NCBI GenBank assembly: GCA_015233895.1
Contig: JADFXG010000011.1
Location: 37,212 to 101,211 of the forward strand
From: Nitrospirota bacterium
Lineage (GTDB): Bacteria > Nitrospirota > Thermodesulfovibrionia > Thermodesulfovibrionales > Magnetobacteriaceae
Direction: 5' to 3'
Length of the DNA: 64,000 nucleotides
The notes beneath the pieces were generated by a model. It saw only the letters and a list, made by a program, of their open reading frames with translations, was not told the DNA's origin and did no database searches. Position numbers and translations under genes: made by a program. Numbering within the stretch: the stretch's first letter is position 1; each line of letters starts with the position of its first letter. This document shows positions 37,585 through 46,900 of this stretch, in pieces.

Positions 37585-37704
37585 AAGTACATCTTAGCTA
37601 ACATCATAAACCACATAATCACTCCAGTGGAAATTACCGGTTTAACAGATTAAGGGTACAGACAGCATCCTCAACTCCAGCACACCCCATTCCAATCTAT
37701 TCAT

Positions 37705-37733
37705 GGTATAACATAAAAAATGAATAATGTCAA
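37705..37733 (-). promoter_or_regulatory. Candidate promoter for the 36148..37584 / 34211..36133 pair
   Basis: On the minus strand: TATTGACA (-35 at 37733-37728), a 17-nt spacer, then TATACC (37710-37705). Confidence 0.4.
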
Positions 37734-37802
37734 TAGGAAGTCAGGATGAAATTACGGTTACACATTCCAAACTTATAAAGATGCAACACTCCCATCCATT
37801 TT

Positions 37803-40800
37803 TCAGTATCCATTGTCACAAACATGCCCTGTCATCAGCCGCTTAGGGTCCAAAGTACCCTGATAACACTCAAGCAACACGCTTTTACAACGTGCCTCCG
37901 TACCGCTTGTGTAAACTGCTGTCGAGGTAAACGTCAAAAATCCCCCGTATAGGCTTGCATTGTTGATATCACTCATAGTTAAGCTTTCATTGTTAAAGGA
38001 AATTGTATTTTGCAAAAATGTGATTAGTTTGGTTTGCTTAGACGCTAAATTAGATGCAAAAGTGTTGGTTGTGCCGGAGGGTGTGGCATTATCGGTGGCT
38101 GCAACTGTAAATTTAACGGTTAAATCCTGTGACGACCTGTTAGATGCCATACAGTAGCTTGGATTAGAGCTGTTTGTTGATAAATAAGGCATATTGTATG
38201 TGACTGATGAGGGGTTTTGAGAAAAATTTGCAATAACTGTACAATCTGCCGTTATTGTGCTTGTTGTGTAGGTGCTGCCGGAAAGACTGCCTCCGCACGT
38301 GCCTCCTACTGAAGATAACGTATATCCACTATTTGCACTAACCGTAAAAGATGTCGTCGAATTATAGTTAACCGTTTGTGGTGTGTTAGGACTTATATTT
38401 CCTCCTGTACCTGCCGATGGGGTTACTGTCCAGGTTTTTCGTGAAGCTGAAGCCGTAACCGTACAGTCTGCAGTTATTGATCCAGTTGTATAAGTCGCAT
38501 CCGTGTTTACTGCCAGATTTGTTTGAGTAACTCCACCGCATCCTGATACACTTGTTATGTAATAGCCAGATGTAGGATGGAATGTAAATGTTTGAGTAGC
38601 GTTATTATTTACTGTTGTTGATGCACCGGATGTTTCAGTTACATTTGCCAAAGTCTCGGTTATACTCCAAGTATTTTGTGAAGCGGTTGCTGTTACTGTA
38701 CAATCAGAAGTTACAGCTCCAGTTGTATAACTTACCGCCGCATTGACGGCCTGTGCTCCCGGGTCAGTTCCTCCGCAGCCTGATACGCTTGTTATGTGAT
38801 ACCCTGAGGCAGGCGTAAACTGAAACGTTATTGTACCGCCATAAGTCACTGTCTGAGGGGAGGCTTTGTCGGTAGTTACGTTTGTTAAAGATTCGGTTAC
38901 AGTTTTTGTTTGTTGTGTAGCAGTTGCCGTGACCGTACAGTCAGAAGTTACCGCGCCTGTTGTATAACTTACTGCCGTATTGACGGCCTGTGCTCCTGGG
39001 TCAGTCCCTCCACACCCTGATACACCGGTTATGTAATAGCCGGATGAAGGTGTAAATTGAAATGTTATCGTGCTGCCATAATTCACTGTCTGAGGGGAGG
39101 CTTTGTCAGTAGTTACATTTGTCAACGATTCGGTTACTGTTTTTGTTTGTTGTGTAGCAGTTGCTGTAACTGTACAATCAGAACCTACCGCTCCTGTTGT
39201 ATAGCTTACTGCAGTATTGACGGCCTGTGCTCCCGGGTCAGTCCCTCCACATCCTGATACACTTGTTATGTAATAGCCGGATGAAGGGGTAAATTGAAAT
39301 GTTATTGTGTCACCATAATTCACTGTCTGAGGAGAGGTTTTGTCGGTAGTTACATTTGTCAAAGTTTCGGTTACTGTCTGTGTCTTCTGTGAGGTTGTTG
39401 CCGTAACTGTACAATCAGAACCTACCGCTCCTGTTGTATAACTTACTGCCGTATTGACAGCCTGTGCTCCGGGGTCAGTCCCTCCACAGCCTGATACACT
39501 GGTTATGTAATAGCCGGATGATGGTGTAAATTGAAATGTTATTGTATCGCCGTAAGCTACTGTCTGGGGGGAGGTTTTGTCTGAAGTTACATTTGTCAGA
39601 GATTCGGTTACTGTCATGGTAATTACGCCTGTGTATATATATCCACCATAATCTACAGCAGCGAGTCTCGTTCCATTTGAAGATGACGCTATACTGTACC
39701 AAGCTCTAGCACCAGCACCCGTTTGCTGGTTCCATGTGGCTCCTGAATCTGTTGATGTATAAATATAACCACCAGAGCCGCTGCCAGTAGTGTCACCTAC
39801 AGCGAGTTTTGTCCCATCTGATGATGATGCTGTTGGTAGCCAACCTCTCATGCCTGCAGTCAAGCGCCCTGTCCAGGTAACGCTAAAATCTGTTGATGTC
39901 CAAATATAACCCCCATTATCAGCAGCAACGAGTTTTGACATATCTGATGATGACGCTATTGGTCCACCTGCACCACTATTTGTTTGTGTCCATGATACGC
40001 CTGAATTAACTGATGCATAATTAACACCATTTACTTGAGCGATGAGTTTTGATCCATCTGATGATGATGCGATATAACCCCAAGCTCCAATACCGGCATT
40101 TGTTTGTGCAGTCCAGGTAGTGCCCGAATCTGTTGATGTATAAATATAACCCCCAGAGCCACTGCCATAAAAATCTGCAACAGCGAGCTTTGTTCCATCT
40201 GATGATGACGCTATAGGATGCCAACTTTTGCTACCAAGAACAGTTTGCTTGGTCCATGTAGCGCCTGAATCGGTTGAGGTATAAATAAAACCACCATTTA
40301 CTGCAGCCGCAAGTTTTGCGCCATCTGATGATGACACTATATTTTGCAAATATCTGCCGGCACTCGTTTGCTGTATCCAGGTAGCGCCTGAATCGGTCGA
40401 GGTATAAAGATAATCACCTTGAGCTGCAGCAACAAGTTTTGTGCCATCTGATGATGATGCGATAGAGTCCCAATTTCTGTTTCCTGGAGCCGTCTGTTGA
40501 GTCCATGTGTAGCTACGTGCTATTGCGGCATTTGAAGCCGTTGCAATAACCGTACAATTAGAAGTTACCGCTCCTGTGGTATAATTTACAACAGTATCAG
40601 CACTTTGTATTGTTATCGCATTTCCACTACATCCATATACGCTTGTTATGTGATAACCGGAGGCAGGAGTAAACTGAAATGTTATTGTGCTGCCATAATT
40701 CACTGTTTGAGGGGAGGCTTTGTCAGTTGTTACATTTGTCAACGATTCGGTTACAGTTTTTGTTTGTTGAGCTGCAGTTGCTGTTACTGCACAACCATCA

Positions 40801-42224
40801 GTTAGCGCTGCCGTTGTATAGCTTACCGCCGTGTTGACAGTCTGTGTTCCGGGGTTAGTCCCTCCGCACCCTGATACGCTTGTTATGTAATAGCCGGAAG
40901 TGGGTGTAAACTGGAATGTTATAGAGCTGCCATAATTCACAGTTTGTGGGGAGGCTTTGTTAGTAGTTACATTTGTCAAAGTTTCAGTTACAGTATAGGT
41001 TTTTTGTGCTGCCGTAGCCGTAACCGTGCAATCACCAGTTACAGCTCCTGTTGTGTAGCTTACCGCCGTATTGACAGTCTGTGTTCCAGGGTCAGTCCCT
41101 CCGCATCCTGATACACCTGTTATGTAATAGCCAGAAGTGGGTGTAAATTGGAATGTTATCGCACTGCCATAATTCACCGTTTGAGGGGAGGCTTTGTCTG
41201 TAGTTACATTTGTCAAAGTTTCAGTTACAGTATAGGTTGGGAGTGCTGTGGTTGTTGTAGTAGTAGGGGCAGTATAAACTCCGGTGTAGAGATAGTCCGC
41301 TCCTGCAACTAACTTTGTTCCGTCTGATGAGGATGCTATTGAATTCCAATATCCAGTGCCAGTTAATGTTTGCGTAGTCCATGTAACGCCTGAGTCTGTT
41401 GATGTATAAATATAACCAGTATTAGCTACAGCAGCGAGTTTTGTGCCATCTGATGATGACGCTATTGAATACCACGAGCTACTACCAGCACTTGTTTGCT
41501 GTGTCCATGTAGCACCTGAATCGGTTGAGGTATAAATATAACCAGCCAAAACTACAGCAGCAAGTTTAGTTCCGTCCGACGACATTGACGCTGAGTACCA
41601 CTGTCGGGAGCCTGCTGATGTTCGTTGAGTCCATGTAGCACCTGAATTTGTAGAAGTGTAAATATAGCCATTAAAAACACTGGCAACCAGATTAGTTCCG
41701 TCCGATGACATTGCTACCCCACCCCAAATTGAGGTGCTTAATGACGTTAGTGCTGTCCACGTAGTCCCTGAATCTGTAGAAGTATATATATAGCCATTGT
41801 AAGCAGCAGCCATTTGTTTAGTGCCATCAGATGACATTGCTGCTATCTGCCATACTCTGGATCCAGCTGAAGGCTGGTATGTCCATGTAACGCCTGAATT
41901 TGCAGAAGTATAAATATAGCCATTATTTTCAAGAGCAACCAACGTGTTACCATCCAATGACGATGCTACTGAAATCCAGTATCTAACACCTGCTGATGTT
42001 CGTGCAACCCATGTAGCCCCTGAATTTGTAGAAGTGTAAATATAGTTGTTATATTGAGTTGCAGCCAGCTTAGTTCCATTTGATGATGATGCCACGGAGG
42101 ACCAAGTGACTGCAGAACCGGTTTGCTGAGTCCATGTCCACCCGGCATAAGACACTGCTGGCAACAACAATATAATCAGCAACAGTAAGACAATGTACTT
42201 CAATAAAAAACTATATCTTTTCAT
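37803..42224 (-). CDS. Giant secreted mosaic protein: Asp-box propeller, 3 B-repeat modules, second Asp-box propeller, 6 B-repeat modules, type B CTD (ends CDNGY)
   Basis: Signal peptide ..LPAVSYA|GW. There are two blocks of YIYTST.SG.TWT blades. The 79-aa tandem modules read TVTE(S/T)LTNVTTDK.SPQTVNYG.TITFQFTP.SGY.IT.VSGCGGTDPG....Y.TGAV..DCTVTAT, which resembles the divergent InlB B-repeat pattern. The CTD is MPYLSTNSSNPSYCMASNRSSQDLTVKFTV...RCKSVLLECYQGTLDPKRLMTGHVCDNGY. Confidence 0.8.
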   Translation of the reverse strand: MKRYSFLLKYIVLLLLIILLLPAVSYAGWTWTQQTGSAVTWSSVASSSNGTKLAATQYNNYIYTSTNSGATWVARTSAGVRYWISVASSLDGNTLVALENNGYIYTSANSGVTWTYQPSAGSRVWQIAAMSSDGTKQMAAAYNGYIYTSTDSGTTWTALTSLSTSIWGGVAMSSDGTNLVASVFNGYIYTSTNSGATWTQRTSAGSRQWYSASMSSDGTKLAAVVLAGYIYTSTDSGATWTQQTSAGSSSWYSIASSSDGTKLAAVANTGYIYTSTDSGVTWTTQTLTGTGYWNSIASSSDGTKLVAGADYLYTGVYTAPTTTTTTALPTYTVTETLTNVTTDKASPQTVNYGSAITFQFTPTSGYYITGVSGCGGTDPGTQTVNTAVSYTTGAVTGDCTVTATAAQKTYTVTETLTNVTTNKASPQTVNYGSSITFQFTPTSGYYITSVSGCGGTNPGTQTVNTAVSYTTAALTDGCAVTATAAQQTKTVTESLTNVTTDKASPQTVNYGSTITFQFTPASGYHITSVYGCSGNAITIQSADTVVNYTTGAVTSNCTVIATASNAAIARSYTWTQQTAPGNRNWDSIASSSDGTKLVAAAQGDYLYTSTDSGATWIQQTSAGRYLQNIVSSSDGAKLAAAVNGGFIYTSTDSGATWTKQTVLGSKSWHPIASSSDGTKLAVADFYGSGSGGYIYTSTDSGTTWTAQTNAGIGAWGYIASSSDGSKLIAQVNGVNYASVNSGVSWTQTNSGAGGPIASSSDMSKLVAADNGGYIWTSTDFSVTWTGRLTAGMRGWLPTASSSDGTKLAVGDTTGSGSGGYIYTSTDSGATWNQQTGAGARAWYSIASSSNGTRLAAVDYGGYIYTGVITMTVTESLTNVTSDKTSPQTVAYGDTITFQFTPSSGYYITSVSGCGGTDPGAQAVNTAVSYTTGAVGSDCTVTATTSQKTQTVTETLTNVTTDKTSPQTVNYGDTITFQFTPSSGYYITSVSGCGGTDPGAQAVNTAVSYTTGAVGSDCTVTATATQQTKTVTESLTNVTTDKASPQTVNYGSTITFQFTPSSGYYITGVSGCGGTDPGAQAVNTAVSYTTGAVTSDCTVTATATQQTKTVTESLTNVTTDKASPQTVTYGGTITFQFTPASGYHITSVSGCGGTDPGAQAVNAAVSYTTGAVTSDCTVTATASQNTWSITETLANVTETSGASTTVNNNATQTFTFHPTSGYYITSVSGCGGVTQTNLAVNTDATYTTGSITADCTVTASASRKTWTVTPSAGTGGNISPNTPQTVNYNSTTSFTVSANSGYTLSSVGGTCGGSLSGSTYTTSTITADCTVIANFSQNPSSVTYNMPYLSTNSSNPSYCMASNRSSQDLTVKFTVAATDNATPSGTTNTFASNLASKQTKLITFLQNTISFNNESLTMSDINNASLYGGFLTFTSTAVYTSGTEARCKSVLLECYQGTLDPKRLMTGHVCDNGY
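38200..39620 (-). repeat. About six tandem units of about 237 bp encoding B-repeat-like modules (second block of the 37803..42224 gene)
   Basis: Near-identical stretches such as GGGTCAGTCCCTCCACA.CCTGATACAC..GTTATGTAATAGCCGGATGA recur at about 38995, 39235 and 39472. The unit boundaries are approximate. Confidence 0.7.
40525..41240 (-). repeat. Three tandem units of about 237 bp encoding B-repeat-like modules (first block of the 37803..42224 gene)
   Basis: The protein shows three consecutive 79-aa units between the TTTTTTALPTY linker and ARSYTWTQQ. The boundaries are approximate. Confidence 0.65.
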
Positions 42225-42269
42225 AAGCTCCTTATCCTCATCTCTCCAAATTAACCTATTAACCCACCA

Positions 42270-43685
42270 TTAATGACCAATCACAGTCGAAATAGTGTCC
42301 ATACAAACGTAGCCAGTCACTGGCCTTCTGGGATCACTGTATCCTTGTAAACATGAAATCACGACCTTTGAACAGGATGCCTGAGTGCCTGATGAAAATG
42401 CAGCCTTTGACACAAAAGAAAGCGCACCACCATAAGCGCCTGACTTAGCAACGTCGGATAATAATGACACAGACTCGGTTCCACCTAGTGGATTATAAAT
42501 TGAAGCAGTCTGCTCCTGGAAAGTAAACAGCCGTGTAGTATAGCTGTTAAGATAGTTTGAAAATGTTTGTTTACCCGTAGCAGGAATGTCAACATCTGCC
42601 GATTTTACTTCAAAGCTAACGGTCATATTCTCTGAGGATAAGTTTGATGAAATACAGTAAACGACATTATTTGTGTTTGTGTGGAGATACGGTATGTTAT
42701 ATGTGACAGTTGATGGATAGTAGCCGGTGTAAATATAACCATTATAAGCAACAGCCGCAAGTTTTGTCCCATCGGAAGACGATGCTATTGATTTCCAGTT
42801 TCTGCTGCCAGCCCCTGTTTCATAAGCCCATGTAGCACCGGAATCTGTCGAAGTATATAAGTAATCATTAGAAGCTACAGCAGCGAGTTTTGTACCATCT
42901 GATGATGACGTTATTCCAGACCAAAATCTGCTACCAGAACTCGTTCGTTCAGTCCATGTAGAACCGGAATTGGTTGAGGTATAAATATACCCGACATTAA
43001 CCACAGCAGCGAGTTTTGCTCCATCTGATGATGACGCTATTGAATACCAATTTTTGCTGCCGGCGCTCGTTTGAGCTGTCCATGAAACGCCTGAATTGGT
43101 TGAGGTATAAATATAACCACTGTTAACTACAGCAGCAAGTTTTGCCCCATCGGACGATGACGCTATTGAAAACCAGGTTCTATTGTCAGAAACGTGCTCA
43201 GTCCATGAAACGCCGGACTCTGTTGAGGTATAAATATACCCGATATTAACCACAGCCGCAAGTTTTGTCCCATCGGATGATGACGCTATTGATTTCCAAT
43301 ATCTGCTGCCGGCAATCGTTTGCGAAGTCCATGCAGCGCCTGAAGTGATTGAGGTGTAAATATAACCATTAGAAACTACAGCAGCAAGTTGTGTCCCATC
43401 GGATGAGGATACTATTGCATCCCAAAATCTACTGCCGGCAATAGTTTGCGGAGTCCAGTGTACGCCTGTATCGGTTGAGGTATAAATATAACCGCCACCG
43501 TCACTGCCAAAATAATCTACAGCAGCAAGTTGTGTTCCATCGGATGATGACGCTATTGCACTCCAACCTCTGCTGCCAGAATCAGTTTGTGGTGTCCAAA
43601 CCCAGCCGCCGTAAGCAACCACAGGTAATAAAATTAACAAGGACAGCGATATAAAACACTTAAACGATAGAATTTTGACTCCCAC
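42270..43685 (-). CDS. Secreted Asp-box beta-propeller protein with type A CTD (ends VIGH)
   Basis: I prefer the GTG start at 43685, 4 nt after AGGAGG, giving (M)GVKILSFKCFISLSLLILLPVVAYG|GW. The ORF-track TTG at 43733 adds 16 non-hydrophobic residues. It has about 8 Asp-box blades and the CTD YNIPYLHTNTNNVVYCISSNLSSENMTVSFEV...ISCLQGYSDPRRPVTGYVCMD..VIGH. Confidence 0.75.
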   Translation of the reverse strand: MGVKILSFKCFISLSLLILLPVVAYGGWVWTPQTDSGSRGWSAIASSSDGTQLAAVDYFGSDGGGYIYTSTDTGVHWTPQTIAGSRFWDAIVSSSDGTQLAAVVSNGYIYTSITSGAAWTSQTIAGSRYWKSIASSSDGTKLAAVVNIGYIYTSTESGVSWTEHVSDNRTWFSIASSSDGAKLAAVVNSGYIYTSTNSGVSWTAQTSAGSKNWYSIASSSDGAKLAAVVNVGYIYTSTNSGSTWTERTSSGSRFWSGITSSSDGTKLAAVASNDYLYTSTDSGATWAYETGAGSRNWKSIASSSDGTKLAAVAYNGYIYTGYYPSTVTYNIPYLHTNTNNVVYCISSNLSSENMTVSFEVKSADVDIPATGKQTFSNYLNSYTTRLFTFQEQTASIYNPLGGTESVSLLSDVAKSGAYGGALSFVSKAAFSSGTQASCSKVVISCLQGYSDPRRPVTGYVCMDTISTVIGH

Positions 43686-43762
43686 AGCTCCTCCTCGGCA
43701 TAACACAAAACCCACAGCTACATCAACACGCAATCACCATACGCTTAATTAAAGATAAACTA

Positions 43763-43791
43763 ACTATAAGATAAAAAAAATATTTTGTCAA
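43763..43791 (-). promoter_or_regulatory. Candidate promoter for the 42270..43685 / 37803..42224 pair
   Basis: On the minus strand: TATTGACA (-35 at 43791-43786), a 17-nt spacer, then TATAGT (43768-43763). Confidence 0.5.
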
Positions 43792-43917
43792 TATTTTACC
43801 TCAGAAAGTATGTAACTTTTGTACCCAAAATCAAGGTTGTCAGAAGTATTTACCCTATTTATTGTTTTGGTTAAGTGATATTAAACTTTAATAATCATAA
43901 GCACAGGCCTTATTCTT

Positions 43918-46900
43918 TCAGTATCCATTCTCACAAACATGCCCTGTCAACAGCCGCTTAGGGTTCAAAGTACCCTGATAACATTCAAGCAACACGCTTT
44001 TACAACGTGCCTCCGTACCGCTTGTGTAAAGCGCTGTTGAGGTAAACGTGAGAAATCCCCCGTATAGGCTTGCATTGTTGGTATCACTCATAGTTAAGCT
44101 TTCATTGTTAAAGGAAATTGTATTTTGCAAAAATGTGATTAGTTTGGTTTGCTTAGACGTTAAATTAGATGCAAAAGTGTTTGGTGTGCGGGGAGATGTA
44201 TAATTAGATGTTGTAGAATTGTCAACGGCTCCAACCGTAAAGTTGACAGTTAAATCCTGTGACGATCTGTTTGATGCCATACAGTAGCTTGGATTAGCGC
44301 TGTTTGTTGATAAATACGGCAGATTGTATGTAACAGATGAATTCTTCTGAGAAAAATTTGCGATAACCGTACAATCTGCTGTTATTGCGCTTGTTGTGTA
44401 GGTGCTGCCGGAAAGGCTGCCTCCGCACGTGCCTCCTACTGAAGATAACGTATATCCACTATTAGCACTAACAGTAAAAGAGGTTGTCGAATTATAGTTG
44501 ACAGTTTGTGCCGTGTTTGGGCTTATACTTCCCCCTGTGCCTGCCGATGGGGTTACTGTCTGGGTTTTTCGTGATGCCGTAGCAGTAACTGTACAGTCTG
44601 CTGTTATTGATCCCGTTGTATAAGTCGCATCCGTGTTTACTGCCAGATTTGTTTGAGTAACTCCACCGCATCCTGATACACTTGTTATGTAATATCCTGA
44701 GGTGGGATGAAAAGTAAATGTTTGAGTAGCGTTATCACTTACTGTTGTTGAAGCACCGGATGTTTCAGTCACGTTTGTCAGAGACTCGGCTATAGTCCAG
44801 GTTTTTTGTGAAGCAGTTGCTGTTACTGTGCAATCAGAAGTTACCGCTGCCGTTGTATAGCTTACTGCTGTATTGACAGTTTGTGCTCCGGGGTCAGTCC
44901 CTCCGCATCCTGATACACTTGTTATACGATAACCTGAGGATGGTGTAAATTGAAATGTTATTGTGTTTCCATAATTCACTGTCTGAGGTGAGGTTTTGTC
45001 AGTAGTTACATTGGTCAAAGTTTCGGTTACCGACTGGGTCTTTTGTGCTGCCGTTGCCGTAACAGTGCAATCAGAATTTACCGCTCCTGTTGTATAACTT
45101 ACCGCTGTATTAACAGCTTGTGCTCCGGGGTCAGTCCCTCCGCATCCTGATACGCTTGTTATGTAATAACCTGATGTTGGTGTAAACTGAAATGTTATTG
45201 TGCTGCCATCATTTACAGTCTGCGGCGAGGATTTGTCAGTGGTTACATTTGTCAGCGATTCGGTTACTGTATGAGCACGGACACCTGTATATATATAGTC
45301 ACTGGTATTGCCCAGGATTGCAACCGTCTTTGAGCCGTCTGCAGATATTGCAACTCCTCCCCAATTTCGGGTAGTATCGTTTGCAGTTGCGCTCCATGTA
45401 ACACCTGAATCTGTTGAGATATAAAGATAGCCATATGTACTTATAGCGCTGGCAAGCAATATAGTTCCGTCTGAAGATGATGCTATACCATACCGTGCTT
45501 TGATGCCTGATCCTGTCTGCGCAGTCCATGTAACGCCTGAATCTGTAGAGGTATAAACGTAGCCATTATCAGTTACAGCAGCGAGTTTTGTGCCATCGTA
45601 TGATGAGGCAATCGCTGTCCAGTCACCATAACCGGAATTTACCTGAACATTCCATGTAACTCCTGAATCTGTTGATGTGTATATATACCCTGGAGTAAAA
45701 TCCACAGCAGCCAGTTTCGTCCCGTCTGATGACGATGCTACACTGCTCCAGTATAAGGAGCTTGATGATGTCTGCTCGGTCCATGTGACGCCGGAATCTG
45801 TTGAGGTAAAAATATGCCCGGCTTGTACTGCTGCAACTAACTTAGTACCGTCTGACGATGAGGCTAAGGCACTCCAATTCCGGCTGGCATCGATTGCTCT
45901 TGGTGTCCATGTAACGCCTGAATCTGTAGAGGTGTAAAGATATCCTCCGGAGGCAGCAGCAAGCAATTTAGTGCCGTCCGATGATGAGGCTACTTTAGAC
46001 CAATATCTGGCAGTATCGGTTGCTCTTGGCGTCCATGTAACGCCCGAATCTGTAGAGGTATAAAGATAACCAAGGTAAGTACCAAAAATCAATTTAGTGC
46101 CATCAGCTGAAGACGCCACACCATATCGATTTTTGCTTGTATCTCTTGCCGTCCAGGTCCAGAGGTTGGTTGTTGCGGTTGTCGTGGTTGTTGAGGTCGT
46201 AGTCGTAGCTGTTGTTGTAGTTGTTGAGGATGCAGCTGTAGTGGTAGTTGTTGACGCAGATGTGTTTGGTGTTATAAAATTTCCCATTGCATATGGCTGA
46301 GTTCCTACGCTAATCGTGGCTGAAACCGTATTTGAGGCTGTGGATATCACGGAAACATTGTCTGAACCATAATTTGCCACATAGACCTTAGAGCCATCGG
46401 GCGTAACAGACACTCCTCTTGGATCGCTCCCTACGGTTATTATGTTTGATACAAGGTTTGTGGCTGTAGATATTACAGGAACATGGGTGGTATAAGATTC
46501 TGTCACATAGACCTTAGAGCCATCTGGGGTTACAACTGCTCCAAAGGCATAAAGTGGGACGTTAATCGTTGCTGTGATTATATCTGTGGCAGTTGAGATT
46601 ACAAAAACATTGTAACGATTTGTCACCACATAGACCTTAGAGCCATCGGGCGACATGGCAAGTGAATTTGGCTGGCTACCATATGTTCCTGAGGCTCCTG
46701 CACTCCCAACTTTTATCGTGGTTGAAACCGTGTTTGTGTTTGTGGATATTACAGAAACAGTTTCTGGAATAGTGTTTAAAACATAGACCTTAGAGCCATC
46801 GGGTGTTACGACAATTGAACCCGGATTAGTCCCTACAGTGATAGTATTTGTGACCGTATTTGATGTTGTGTCTATTACAGAGACGGTGTTCATTGTATAA

